From Lama glama (lineage: Eukaryota), in contig CM052817.1 in assembly GCA_028534125.1 (NCBI GenBank), forward strand, positions 82,400,001 through 82,464,000: DNA of 64,000 nucleotides. Reading direction: 5' to 3'. Below the pieces are notes generated by a model that worked only from the letters and a program-made list of their open reading frames with translations, searched no databases and had not been told where the DNA came from. Both the position numbers and the translations under genes were made by a program. Shown here piece by piece: positions 13,191 to 27,300 of the stretch (its first letter is position 1; the number at the start of each line of letters is the position of its first letter).

Positions 13191-14279
13191 AGAACTCAAT
13201 GCTAATGATGGCAGTATTTTGGAGATGGATTTAAAATTGTGAAATCAAATTGAAACTGCAAGTTTTGCTGACCTTCTCTAAATCCTAAAAGTGACATAAT
13301 ATGGTGGAAATTAAAGAATATTTTTAATTGAGATACAATTGACATAGAAGATTACATTAATTTCAGGTGTGCAACATAATCTACATTTTTAAAAGTTTCT
13401 GATTTTGCTCATAAATTTGTTCTTTTGAAAGATATGACAAACATGAACCTCAGCAAGGAAAATGAAAAAATGAGTAAAACTTCAGAGAGTAATATTCATA
13501 ATTGTCTATCTCCCAATGCACACACATACAAAGTATGAAGGTAACATTTATGATAAAAGGTGGCCCAATGAATTGAAGAAAAGAAAGTCTTTGCAGTCTG
13601 AGCATCAAAAAGAGACAAGAGTCAGGTATATCAAAAGTTATCCATACAATGTATGTTTATGGTCCCTGGGAGAGTATATAATGCTTACATATGTTTATAA
13701 AGAGAAAAATACTGTTAGGTAGAACATAAACCAGCTAATTATTTCTGCCCACAATTCCCTGAAAACTTACTATCTAGATTTATCTCCCAAAAAGTTGGCT
13801 TTCATTTTAAAATTACATTCTAGAAAAGCAGTCACATTTGCTTATTTCTATGTGAATATGTCTTCTTAATTCTTATTTTTTTAGAAGATGAACTACCCCA
13901 GAAGTTTTTACTAAAATTCATGGTCCTCAGCTTGGGGTAGAAATAAGGTGAGTGAGATAATTGCTGCAGAGAAATTTTTTTCAGAGCTCATTTTTCTGCT
14001 AAAAAGGACATAGCTTGTATTATATTTATCTCTTTTAGAAAGCACCAGTCCAAAGTGATTATTACTAGCTTGTTCTGTTATAGATATCTATAAATGTATA
14101 GTTAGGAAGAATAAAGGATCTAAATATACATGTACTTAGACTTTTATGATACATATATAATTATAAGTGAATTAAATTATGAATGACATATAAATTTATA
14201 CCTATTTTATTCCACAGTATCACAAATCTAGAAAATACATATAAATAAGTATTTGTCTATAAGCCTTTAAAAATGGCTA

Positions 14280-14790
14280 ATATTTATTCAGTGCTTTCTA
14301 AGTATCTAGAGCTGTTCTAGGTATTGCAGATACATAGATGAAGAAATAGATACAAATCCATGTTCTCATCAATCTTACATTCTAGAGAGGAGCAGCCTTC
14401 AATAAACAGCTACAATGCATTACATAGAAATAAATTGTATGATGAGCTAGAGCAGGATAGAAATATAGAGAGTGCTAGTGAAGGAGACTGTTATTATAAT
14501 CTAGGGTAATAAAAGAAGGAAGGCATCACAGAGAGTACCACAGAATATAGACAAGAAGAGGGAAAGAGATATTGGACATTGACCTTATCTGGGAACACCA
14601 TTCCAGAGAGGGAGAGTTAAGTGCAGAAAACCCTGAGACAAGAGCAAGCCTTGAGTGTTCACATGGCTGCAAGGAGACTGACGCTATCAAGTTAGCAAGG
14701 GTCAGAGAAGCAAAACAAGAGGTCATACTAGTAAAGAGAGGCAGATGAGATAGGGACTTGTAGAGACTGGCCTGGTAACTGTAGTAAAAG
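14280..14790 (-). mobile_element. LINE-2 3' fragment
   Basis: tatttattcagtgcttt...ctgttctaggtattgcagataca...cttacattctag is the antisense L2 tail pattern. Confidence 0.7.
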
Positions 14791-15013
14791 TGGGTCATGG
14801 CAACAGCAGCATCGGCACTGTCCACAGCACCACCTCAAAGGTGAACTTCTTCACATTTCTTTCTCACAACTAATTATTGTAGCTGATTGTATAAATAATG
14901 ATTGCTGCCTTCATACAGCAGTTATGGAAGGAGGACAAATCAAAGAGCCCATCAAAGCTGTTTCGAGTTTAGCTTATAAAAATGAGAAATAGCTCAGGTT
15001 AAATGATTTTTTT

Positions 15014-15175
15014 TTACATTTTTTATTGATTCATAATCATTTTACAGTGTTGTGTCAAATTCCAGTGTTCGGCACAATTTTTCAGTCATTCATGGACATA
15101 TACACACTCATTGTCACATTTTTTTCTCTGTGATTTATCATAACATTTTGTGTATATTTCCCTGTGCTATACAGT
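15014..15175 (-). mobile_element. Young 5'-truncated L1 3' end with 16-bp TSD
   Basis: TSD gttaaatgattttttt at 14998-15013 and 15176-15191 followed by AA (TTTT/AA endonuclease site); body is the reverse complement of the L1 tail at ~52505-52620. Confidence 0.9.
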
Positions 15176-15559
15176 GTTAAATGATTTTTTTAAGTTAAAC
15201 AGAGTTGAAATCCTCATAGCAAATATAGGTTGAGCCAATGTTTTTAAGCAGTAAATCATAGGAATATCAGTCAGCAATGATCTTTTCTTCAAATTAGTCT
15301 TCATATTGTCCTCTCCCAATCATTTCTTCTTCCACCACTTTCCCTTCTAAAGATTATTTTTTTAAAGGTAGTAGGCAAGTTTTACCCATGTCTGTTTCAG
15401 TAGAAGAATCATCAGTAATAACAGTTTTGTGGTTTGAATATATGTTACATAAGAAAACAACCAGCATTTGCCCACTTACATTTTTGAAAAATGTGCTAAA
15501 TAAAATCATCACTGAATAAATAAAAAATAGGGGAGGGAGGACAAATCTTTATTACAGAC

Positions 15560-16200
15560 AGGTTTTCTACAGAAATAATTTAAATCTTTCCTAAAGGACA
15601 TAGATGGTTTTACTAAATAGAAATGTATAATAAGTTCATGAATGAGACAATATTATCTATATTTCAGTTATTTCTAAATTAAATTATATATTAAATACAG
15701 AGGTGACAAAATATTCACCCAGTCACTTTGAGGAACTCTGAATCTTAAAATTTAATTGAAAGCCTGATAGTTGACAGATCCCTAAAACTTAGATGAGAAG
15801 ATCAAAGAAGTGAGACTTGACCTACTGTTTATGAAGATGAAAATGCAATTATAATAAGACATAAAATACTATATAATAGAAACATAAATGTATCAATGGA
15901 ATAGACCCATAACCCATGATCATATTAATAGATGCAAAATAAATATTTGACATAATTATTTATATAGAAACTGGACACAGTTAATATGGGATGACAAATT
16001 AACAGTGAAAGAATAGTAAATGGAGTTAGGTAAACTGGCTCACTATATAGAAAAAAACATAAATAAATAATATGTTTTCTGTTGTAACATACAAACTAGG
16101 AATCATGGAGGATTAAAAACCTAAGTATGAAAAGTAAATTTTTTCAGTATATCTTTTTGAACCACAGGCTGGAAAGATTTTTTTTTTTTAAATATTTCTA
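15560..16200 (+). mobile_element. Very old L1 ORF2 remnant (L1ME-like)
   Basis: A-rich degenerate ORF2 motifs (atcaatggaatagacc, aactggctcactatatagaaaaaa). Confidence 0.5.
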
Positions 16201-16269
16201 AAAGTACTCTAAGGAGAAAAAAAAAGAAAAGTGGAATTAAATTTTTTAAAGACACAAGCATTTAAAAAG

Positions 16270-18790
16270 AATTAAAACCAATTTTTAAAAAACTCTTTGA
16301 GAGAAATAGAAGAGATAATACTGCCCAACCCATTTACTGAGGCTGACAGTACCTTAATACAAAGCCATTTAAAATAGTAGAAAAAACAAACGATAGACTG
16401 ATAACTCAAATGAACTTAAATACAAATCCCTCAACAAAATATTAGCAAATCAAATCCAGTTACATAAAAATAATAATAGACTATGATCAAGTGAATTTTA
16501 TTTTAAATATGGAAAACTAGTTCCAACATTTGAAAATTAATCAATGTAATTAACAGGTTAATGAAGAAAAATTATATGATCATATTAATAGATGCAAAAT
16601 AAATATTTGACATAATTATTTATATCCACTATCCAATATTTGTTAATGTTAAAAACTTTCACCAAGCTAAGAATGAATGGAACCAGCTAAACTTGATAAA
16701 GTTCATCTACAAAACACTTGTATCTAATATCATAATGGGGAAAGACTGAATGTGTTTTCTCTAAAATCTGGAATAAATCACTGATACTGCTCTCACCACT
16801 CTGATCCAACGTAGTATCAGAAGATCTAGCCACTTCAATAAGAAAAAAAAATACAGATTAAAAAGAAAGATATAAAAGTCCTTAATTGTAGATGATTGTC
16901 TAATCAGAAAATCCTAAGGAATCTAGAAAAAAATTACAAAAAAACACTTATAGAACTAATGTCAGTTCAGCAACTTTGCAGAATGCAAGAACACCCAAGA
17001 ATCGACCACATTTCTGCATACATCAATGAAGATGTAGAAACTAAAATTAAAAACATAGCAAAAACACTCTAAAAATAGTTATATATTTAACAAAACGTGT
17101 AGAGAATCTGAATGATAAATTTTGATAGTGATGAAAAAAGAATCAAAGAAGTCCAAGATAATGGGGAGAAATATTGGGAGACTCAACCTAGTACAGATGT
17201 CACTTCTTCCTAAATGGGTTTAAAGGTTTACTGCAATTCCTATTAAAATCCCAGTAAGGCATTTTTTGTTGACATAGGCAAGCTTATTCTACAGTTTATA
17301 TGGAAAGACACAGACTCTAAAATAACTTTAAACTCCTGAAGAATAAAATGGGAAGAATCACTCTACCTGATATAAGGCCTGCTGTAAAGACAATGTGATA
17401 CTGGTAAAGGTGTAGACACACAGAGCATTACAGCAGAACAGAGAGAATCCTGAAATAAATGGATCCAACTGGAAATTGTCAAAAGTGCAAAAGCAAACCA
17501 GTGGAAGTAGGATAGCTTTTCAACAAATGGTGCTGGAACAATTGTACATCCAGAGTCCTCCCGCAAAACAAGCAAACAAAAAACTTCATTGAAATCATAA
17601 CTTTTATACTAAAAAATAACTCAAAATGGATCCAGATTTAAATTAAAATGTAGAAGTAAGAAATTTTAGAAAAAAATAGGAAACAATCTTTTGGATTCAA
17701 GGCTAAGCAAAGAGCATGATCCAAAATAAGAAAAAATGATAAATTAAAATGCTTTTCCCTGTCTAAAATGTGGGGATCCTGTTAAGAGTGTGAAAACACA
17801 AGCTTCCAACTGGGAAGCAATATTTGCAAATCTCATATTGGACAAAGAACTAGTATCTAGAATATATAAAAGACTCTCAAAACTCAATAGTTAAAAAAAT
17901 GGAATTAAAAAATGGACAAAAAGTATGAATACACATTACCAAAGAGGCTATGCCGATGGAAAATAAGTTTATAAAAAAGTGTTCAACATCTTTAGCCTTT
18001 CAGGAAATGCAAATATTAAGCTACAATAAGATATCACTATATGCCTACCAGAATAGCTAAAATTTAAAAACAGTGACAAGACCTCATGTTGGCAAGGATG
18101 TGGAGAAAATATTTCACTTCTACTTTGAAAGTCGGAAAAGTAAAGTGGTACAGCCTCTCTGAATAACAGATTGTCAGAATCTTATAAAACAAAACATGTA
18201 ACTACCACAAACCCAGGGATTGTACCCTTGAACATTTACCCTAAAGAGATGAAAATTTATGTTTACACAAAAACTTGTTCATGAATGTTCATAGCAGATT
18301 TATTTTATAGCAGCTTCAACTGGAAATAACTCAGATATCCTTCAACAGGTGAGTAGTTAAACAAACTGTGGTGCATTCATACATGGATATTACCCAAAAA
18401 TAAATAGAATGGAACTATTGATGCATGCAACAACTTGGATGAATCTGCTGACCTTTATGCTGAGTTAAAAAAAAATTCTACAATGTTACAGACTGTTTGA
18501 TTCTATTTATAAAATATTCTTGAAATGGCAAAATTACAGAAATGGAAGCAGATAAGCAGTTCCAGGGGTTAGGAACTGAGGGATAAGTATAGCTCTACAA
18601 GGATAATAGAAGACATTTTTTGATGAAGGAGCTGTTATGCATCTTGACTATTTAAATGTCAATACTAGTTGTGATTTTATAGCATAGTTTCACTAGATGT
18701 TACCATTGGTGGAAACTGGATTACCCTGCATTATTTCTTACTACTACATAAGAGTCTACAATTATCTCAAAATAAAAAGTTAAACTAATA
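16270..18790 (+). mobile_element. L1 (L1MC-like) 3' ORF2 and 3'UTR
   Basis: Degenerate ORF2 motifs (atgatcatattaatagatgc, tgctctcaccactctgatccaac, ttttcaacaaatggtgctggaacaattg) ending caattatctcaaaataaaaagttaa. Confidence 0.85.
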
Positions 18791-18799
18791 AATAAGCAT

Positions 18800-19203
18800 A
18801 CTTCTTTAATGTGAATATTAAAAACGATACTATGATTCAGCTGACAGATTGGAAGAAGATACTTACACTCTCTAAATTTGAATATCACTAATATATAGAC
18901 TTACAAAAAATTATTGCAATAAATAGAAATTAGCTGTCTATAGAAATATAGGCAAAATATGAACATATAATTCATATAATACTCAAATGGATAATAAGTA
19001 TATGGGAAAATACGAAAATCCACTGGAATTAGATACAAAGGATATCCCACCCACTAGGTCTGCGATAATTTGAAGTTCAAACATGTGTCAAGTGTTTAAA
19101 AACGTGAGGAAACAGAATTCCTGATGCATTTGCATTTGATGGGGGAACATACTAATATAGCCTACTTAGAGAGCAATCTGCAATACTTAGTGAAATTCAG
19201 CCT

Positions 19204-19259
<56 letters not shown>

Positions 19260-19820
19260 CACACACACATTTACACCTTGCATAAAATCTAAGACCTAGC
19301 AGCAGAGCAATTATTCTTTGTACCTACCCCAGTATACTCACACTATTCCATACACACACACACACCATGTGTGTGTGTGTGTGTGTGTGTATACCCCAGT
19401 ATACATGCGCACACACACATATATATGATGCTCATCTCACTCATCTCAGTGTGTTTTGTTGTAGGGAGAAATTTAAGGCAGTTTAGGTGTCTGTTAATGG
19501 AGGAATAGATAAGCAAAATGTGGTGAATATACAGTAAACAATACTCAGCAGCCATTAGAAGCATCAAACTAGATGCAGACACAGTAAGATGGACAAATCT
19601 TAATACAGCAATTGACTATGCCATTCAGTTAATAAAAATTTTGTATATATACACTTGTATATTGTAATAATATGTGTAATTATATATAATGTATATAATG
19701 CAAAATCAGCACTGAGAATTTACAAACATAAATATTTTACACATTAAAGGGTTTGACCATATGTAGAAAAGGGCTTTGGGAATGAAGTTGAAAGAAATAC
19801 TTAATAAACTAAATAAATGA
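18800..19820 (+). mobile_element. Old L1 3' remnant, probably continuing the 15560-16200 element
   Basis: tagagagcaatctgcaatacttagtgaaatt and gaatagataagcaaaatgtggtgaatatacag motifs. Confidence 0.5.
19205..19259 (+). repeat. (TATACA)n hexanucleotide microsatellite
   Basis: About 9 perfect units read directly. Confidence 0.95.
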
Positions 19821-20789
19821 TGTTATTCAAAAATTGAGTATTTTATTGATCATATAATAGTAGAGCATTGCATAAGGTCTTTCCCTTCTGCTCTAGAAAT
19901 GCTGACCAGAATCTAAAATCAAAAACAGAAACAAAGAGATCTTAATGACCTGGCATAGAGACCACCAAATAGCTGAGGCCAGACCCATCTCTCAGGGCTT
20001 ATTACATGTTAGATGTGGCTGAACCAGCAGGATTACCTCCAGCTATCACCCTAGCAACCATTTGTCCTTCAATTCACAGCCCCTAAAATATCCAAAAAGA
20101 CCAGAAAGGGGGAGTCCTCTATCTAAGGGGGCTGTGGTAACTCTTTCCTGATTTCTTCCATGTGATAAGACATACCCACCCCATAAGTGAAGTGAATAAA
20201 ATCTCAAGAGAATCACTTGTAGGGCTTGAAAGAGCTGAGATATTTACACCATACAATTTAAAGGATTCTTTTACTTTGAGGAATATATTCCAGAAACAGA
20301 GATAAAGTGAAGTTCAGGAGAAGAGATGTTTTGGGCCCAGTCATTCAATCTGCCAGGTTGCTTGCAGAAATAACTCTATGCATTTCTGAACTCAACGTAC
20401 TGTATAAATAAAAATCAGGACTGAGCCACATATTTGATTATATGATGTCCAGAAATTAGCAGTGCAAAGTCATGTGGATCAAGGTGCCTTGAGCATCTGC
20501 CTGATTCTTCTTTTGTTGAGTATTTTCATCTAAAAGAAAATAAGTATGACATTAAGTTTGTCTGGACATCAAATTTCTAAAAAGGTGCAGATACGATTTA
20601 AAACAAAGTAGACCAGGAAGGCTAGACTGAGATTTATCATCAGAGTTTCAAAAGTGATGCTTTTTAGCAATTTATAGGGAAAAAATCTTCTGAAAAAGAA
20701 GGATTATATAAATTAGAAATCTAGAATCTACTTTTGGTACCCTATTGTCTCCCACCCCTCCTAATTGATTATCACCATGCCCTCTATGT

Positions 20790-22100
20790 ATTTAATGCTT
20801 TGAATCCATCTACTTTTTGTCATATCAGTCAGCTGTTATCATCCTAGGTTAAGCTGACTTCATCTCTAACCCCATTATTTTAATTGTCTCTGAACTTCCA
20901 GTATCCCTGTTGGCCCTTTCCAAGTAGTTTACTACACTGAAGCCAGAGTGATCATTTAAAAATACAATTCTGATCACACCTTCACCCACTGCCACCCTCC
21001 ATCCCACAACTTAAAATATTTCAAGAGTATTATATTGTGTATCAGTTAGAATCAAGAGGGAAGGGAAAAATTTCATATGGCCTACAAATCCCTGCATATT
21101 CTAACTCCTAGTTAAAAAATCAGCAGAATTCTCTGTTGATTCAACAAAATTAAGTGTATGACGTATAGTACGATAAGGGAAAATGTCACCTTGGCAGAGT
21201 CTTAGTAGTGTCTCAGAAGAAAAAGTCTAGGAGGAATATTCACGATGTTTTGAAATCTGGACTCACGTGTTGTAAGAAGAGCCTTTCAAGGTGGGGAGCC
21301 TATTAGGATTGGGCACATTTTGTGTCATAACAATAGTTTAGACTTGATGACCCAACTTAAAAGTGAGTGTTTACATAAACTGTTTGATGAACGAGCTGGT
21401 TGTCTAGGAGAGCAATGTATTATTCTTCTGATCAATGAACCCTTTTCTCAGATTGGCAATCGTTTGTTCAGATAGAATGATTGGTTTGTAGGAACTTCCC
21501 AAAGGAAAGAGAGAAGTATGTATTGGTTTACAGCCTGTTTTCTAGGACAAGAATTTCTTGAAGCCAATAGAAGTCTTGTTGTGTCAGGTAGTCTCTGTTA
21601 TCTGTCCTCAATAGTTAAACTATGTGGAGGGGGGAAGGTCTCAGTTCTCCTTCTTTAGTTTAAGTTTATGCAAATTTTCTCTTCCAGCCATATTCCCTTG
21701 CATATAATCTGGGAGTTGTATATCCCATGGTCCCTCTTTCAGGAGTGCTTTTGCATATGCATTTCTTCCTGCGTAGAATGCTCTTCCTTTCCCCTTTTCA
21801 TATCTAAACTCCTGTTTCTTTTTTGTGGCTCAATAATTGCTTCTTAGGAGAAGTCTTTCCTGACACCTCTGACTTGGATGAACCAGTCTGTTTTGTGCTT
21901 TCATAATTCATGAATTGCTTATTTGTAAACTTATTGTTATGATTTTATTTTACTTGCTTGATTGTTTGATTAAAGGATAACTCCTCTACCAGACTATAAG
22001 CTTTAAGAGGTAGGTTTCATGTTTCTTTGGCTCACTCTTAGACTCTCTGCCTGTTACACAATGTCACATTAGTTCCTCACGTATTTGGATGAAGGATAAA
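20790..22100 (+). mobile_element. LINE-2 3' fragment split by an LTR
   Basis: ctacactgaagccagagtgatcatttaaaaatacaattctgatca; resumes ~21650 and ends near gtatttggatgaaggataaatg. Confidence 0.65.
21115..21650. mobile_element. LTR-like insertion within L2
   Basis: Distinct block (ggcagagtcttagtagtgtctcagaag...) interrupting L2 colinearity; family not determined. Confidence 0.4.
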
Positions 22101-23789
22101 TGGAAAACATCCGTCTACCTAAACAATACTTATAATTTTACCTCCTACCAAAGATAATAGTCATAACTGAACCCTTGGGCCATGTAATTATCACCAGGAA
22201 TCTTGAATTTATCACTAGAGATGATACTGTGGAGTGAAGAAGTAGTTTTTCCAGCAAGCAGGGTGGGGACTCAGCATAATATAATTTAAATGTTTAAATA
22301 CTGTGACCCTTTTTTTAAAATCCCAAGGCTGAATTGGGATGTATCAGTATGGAAGATGTTAACCAAAGTGATTCATGGTAATTAGGATTATTCAAAACAC
22401 TTTATTATATAAGAAAAATATTCAAAACAGGAAGATTTTTCTCACTTTTCATTTCACAGTATTTTCTCAGAAGATATTGTGTAGCCAAATGTAAATATGA
22501 AAATCCAAGTTTAGCATCTGTGAACAATAAGGAAATGCTTTATTCATTATAATCATAGATGCTAAGAAACTGAATATGAGAATGATATATTTAAAGCACG
22601 TATTCTTTAATATTTTTTTCTCAAATTCAGTTTAGTTTGATGTCATGGAAGAAATTACTGACAGAGTATACAAGCACACACAAACACAAACACACAATCT
22701 CAAGAGAAATGAAAGAAAACAAGATAATGTTAAATAACTTTATAAATAAGCCCGTTAAACCATTTACTTCTCATGTTCACCAGGCGGCTATAGGCTATAT
22801 TTAAGTGAACTGAAATAAAATAACATGTATTAAGCACCTACCAAGGCCCAGAACTGAACTTATTACCTACCATCATTATCAAAACAAGACCATGAAGAAG
22901 ATAAAGTCTCTTTCCTAACTGGTTCTAAACTAGAGAATAATAAATAAACAATTGAAGGAGATATGTTTATATAAGGCCAAGTGGTAAAATAAGCATAATA
23001 CATACAGAGAAGGCAATGACTGGCATGCTAATAAAGTAGGCAGATTTATGAAAGATTTGGATATTAAGAGAAAGTGAAGACACATTGTAAAAAGAGAGCC
23101 TAAGGAGATACTGTAACACATTTGTTTACACTCATCTTAAGCATTTTCTTTCTAGGTCAACTTGTTTGAATGTAGTGTCCTAAGGAAAAAAAAAAGTCAC
23201 TTTCAAGTCTTATCTTACTGTTTATAGAAATGTGCTGCTTGTGAGGACTTAATTCACGTAATTAAAGGAGCAGAACACACAAATGAGGTACTAAGAGTGC
23301 TCTGGCATGATAAACTGCCGAGTGTGAATCCCATAATTATGAAAGCTAGCCCCATCAGAAACCCAGCTACCATAATGGGGAAACATTTCTTCATGGAGCC
23401 TTCACATTTCTGCACAACGTATGAGAAGAAGCATTAACAGCATTTTGTTTTGGATTATCTTTGAAAGGATATTTGTAAAAGGAACAGCCTTTCATAATGT
23501 CTCCTTCCAGATCAAAGAGTAAGCTTACTACCCATTATAAATATTAGTGTTCTCTTAGCTCAAGATTCCTCTCCTTTAATGCAACCCATTGCACGCGCAT
23601 GCATCCATCTGGGTTTTTCTGAACTATCCCATGGGACCTTTCATCAGGAAACTGATGAAAATTCAAAAATTTGTAGGTGCTTATGTTACTTATTATGCTC
23701 TGAACCAGGAATCCGAGGTCTTCTGAAAGCATTCATAAACTTGTTAGTTTGCAAGTAGGGTAATATGGCAGACCCTTCACCATACTTGA

Positions 23790-24112
23790 CAGTTTGTGCT
23801 ACTATAACAAAAGTAACATAAACTGGAAGTTTTAAACAACAGACATTTATTTTTCATAGTTCTAAAGCTTGGAGAGTCCAGGATCAAGGGACCAGCAGAT
23901 CCCTTGTCTGGTGAGGGCCTACTTCTTGGTTCATAGATGGCCATCTTCTTGCTGTGTCCTTACATGGTATAAAGAGTGAGGTAACTCTCTGATGTCTCTT
24001 TCATGAAAACAGTGACCTAGTTACTTCCCAAAGGCCCAACTCCTAGTACTATCACAATGGGAATTCATATTTCAACACATGAATTTTGCAGGGATGCATC
24101 CAGTTGATAACA
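23790..24112 (-). mobile_element. MaLR LTR (MLT1A/MST-like)
   Basis: ctataacaaaa...taaacaacagacatttatttttcatagttct...tgtctggtgagggcc...ttcaacacatgaatttt. Confidence 0.8.
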
Positions 24113-24119
24113 ATAGTGA

Positions 24120-27100
24120 TGGCAATGAGGATAGGATGCTGATAGCTTTCTGGAAAGGAAGGATAAGATTGTTATGGACCAGTTAACAAGATTTGTAGGA
24201 AGACCATCAGAATAAATAGCAAATGTTTTGACCATACCATAAGGCTAATTGGGCGATAAATAATCCTCTACTCTTTTGCCTGTTACTGAGGAAGAATTGA
24301 GTTATTATAGGCTGAGTACTGGAAAATAGTTTCAGAGATACTTTGCTGAATAATATATTGTTGCTAAATACCCTTCAGGCAGGAGGATTCCTTGACGATC
24401 ACCCTGTTGCAACAACAAATGCTAAGATTCATCGAGCTGGCCAGGTTTCTCTCACTTTCAGACAATAAAGAGATAAGCTCCTATGCTGAGTGATAAGGGA
24501 GGAAAATTCACTAGTGCTATGGGCAGAAACCCAACCAATTGTGAGTTCTTTGGTTCTCTTGGAAGATGAAATGTGTTCTGTAATGCTTGTCAAGGAAGAT
24601 GGCCACAGCTGGGCTATCTTAGATCTTCATCTTAGCTCCTTCTGGAGTTTACTTTGCCAACTTTAGATAGATTTGAAGATATCAATAAAAGATCTCAAAG
24701 TTTTATTGCAGTGAGTTTCAGCTTATTTAAGGGAGCTTTTGCCCTCTCTGTGGAATTTCCCTGAGCATAAAAGAATTCTCTTACCCATTGAGATGAAACT
24801 CAATATAGATTTAAGAGTTGTTATCATGACACTGGGGTGGTTTATACCATTGGTAAAGATGGGCTTCTTTATAAAATGTTGCCATGTGAGTTATAATGAC
24901 GGCTGAGTCAGCCAGCCAGTGAGTTCAAGGCCTATGGTTCCCTTAGGAAAGGAATGTGGCTGTACCTGTTACATCAAGAAATCCCCCAAACTGAAATAGA
25001 TGGTGTAGGGACTAATTACCTCATCACCTAATATAGGGCATTGGGTGGACCAGAGACATTGGAAGTAACTTTAATTGAGTTGTCAGAAGCGACTTCTGTG
25101 CTCAAAAAACAAAATATATTCATCAGGCATATTACTCATCTGGCTTGCAGTTAAAGTCACTCACTTCCTCCATGCCTGGTATCTCTCACTCCTCATACAA
25201 CATGGCCTCAGTTACTTTAAGGTAAAAGAGGATTAGCTGTGACTGCAAGTTCTCCCTCTCTACAAGGGAGAGGGCAGATTTTGCACATGCATGGTGTATG
25301 CTAAAGACCTCAGGGGATGTGAATAATTCCCACTTGCAAGGCTCTTTCCAGTAGGCGCCCATGGGGTGGGGTGGGGTGTGGTAGGGGATAGATGCATGAT
25401 TTTAGTCCATGCAGATTGGGCAGGATTACTAGTGGGAAAGCGAGATAAACATGATCTTATAGGTGGGACTTACAAGCTTCTATTGGACTAATTCAGTGTA
25501 CTCTTATTGCACTTATATCTGAATATATTATAGGAACTGACGTGCTATATGCTTGTATTTCTCCATCACATAAGTACCATGCAGCATTTCCCTGACTGAC
25601 AATGTCCAACATTGGAAAACTATTAATGGGACATAATCATCTGCCATTTACTACCAGCTGGTAGGTCAGAATTTGGTGTGACTGCTTCTACACTTGATGT
25701 ATAAAGCTTTAACTCTTTATTTGATGTTCCCTCGGTCATCTTCTGAACTGCCTTGGCAAATCACAGCTTCAGTGGTCCTGAGAATGATGTAATCACACCA
25801 TTGCCAGCAGGAATGACAGATAAACACTTACATAATCCAGATGGCTGTTCACCAAGTAAAGTTTCTGGGGCTACATGGACACATTCATAATGCTTCACTC
25901 TGCTGGCAGTCAGGAAAAACAAGTTATGTTTTTGGACAACTTTCTGAATAGCAAAAATAAGGCCCAGTACTTTATTGGAGTTTTGGGGTACTGGAGACAA
26001 AGCGTGCCTCATTAATGCATCCTTCTTGATCTTTTATATTGGTTGATCCACCAAGAAGCATCTTTTCAAACTAATATGCTGTTTGGAACCTGTCCATCTA
26101 GTTGTGATATGCTCTTTGTCTTTGTGGTGCCCCAACATAAGTGACCTTTTTTGGACTACAAGCCTCTGACTGATAGTCTTGCTCAGAGAAGTCTCGAGCA
26201 AAAGGAAGGAGCTTACTCCAAGAGGCACTCTCTAGGGTTTTGGATTTATTGCCTCCCTAACACGGCTCTCAAGTATACTTGCTTTGAAAGCAGCTATTAG
26301 ATTGTACTAGAAACTTGTCAAAACTGAATGCCTGATCAAGGGGGCTTTGTGACTCTCTTAACCTGTTATTCCCATGTTGGAAAATAGCAACTTGTATTCA
26401 ATAACTAACAAGGTAGAAAGAACCAAAGGTCTTACTGGAAACACTAATTAATGAAAACACTAATTTGAAAATGTATGTACCCTAAAGTTTATTGCAGCAT
26501 TATTTACAATATCCAAGATATGAAAGTAACCATCAGTAGATGAATGGGTAAAGTAGGGGTGTGTGTGCGTGTGTGTGTGTGTGTGTTTGTGTGTGTTTGT
26601 GTAACACGCACACACATTCATCCATAAAAAAAAGAAATCTTGCCATTGGCCATTGGAAATGGCATTTTCAGAAATACAACCTGCCTAGCCCCAGTGATAT
26701 CTTGGAATTAAGTGAAAAATTATGAATAATCCTCTACTCTGCCACCTGGAGCAAAGCTGCAGGTTCACTGGGGTCTTCAGTTCACCAAGTCTCCCTGAAG
26801 TGCCTGGGCTAGATTTAGTGATGATTAATCTTAGCTGAACCACACTGTTGTCCGTGAGGCTAGTAAGGCTGTTCAACCTTAGAATCAGCTATGTATAGCC
26901 AAAAGCAGATGAGGTCACTCTGCCTAGTGGGCAGAATTCAAGGCCATTCTCATAGCTCTGGCCAGTCCTTCGATGAACGCTGTTGTATTTTACTGGCTCT
27001 CAGTTTGTTGCCAGTGGCTGCTTATCAATCCATCTAGGTCACTTATGCAGATGCTCAGAGTAGAGGGTCATTGTGTAGTTCGTCAAACTAGAAGTAAGCT

Positions 27101-27300
27101 GCTGCTCAAGGCTACACCACTCAAATTGTCACCATTAGTGCCTGAACTTGTCATTTTGGCAGACATAACATATTCAGTATCATATCTGGCTATATGTGGA
27201 GGACTCCATGTTTTTTCTTTTGTCTCTGACCCAAAAGTCTTGTGTCTTCTACCAACATCCATGGAACTCTACCAGCCTAACTTGTTTACTTGTAAATAGC
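24120..27300 (+). mobile_element. Decayed ERVL-type internal region (gag-pro-pol remnants)
   Basis: Hand translation: EYIIGTDVL (25521-25547, protease C-terminal motif), QVKFLG (25853-25870), KNKAQYFIGVLGYWRQSVPH (25953-26012, RT thumb), HSA*WAEFKAILIALA (26916-26963, RNase H). Confidence 0.8.
26455..26720 (+). mobile_element. L1 3' ORF2 fragment with (TG)n, inserted in ERVL pol
   Basis: tgtaccctaaagtttattgcagcattatttacaatatccaagatatgaaagtaacc. Confidence 0.75.
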
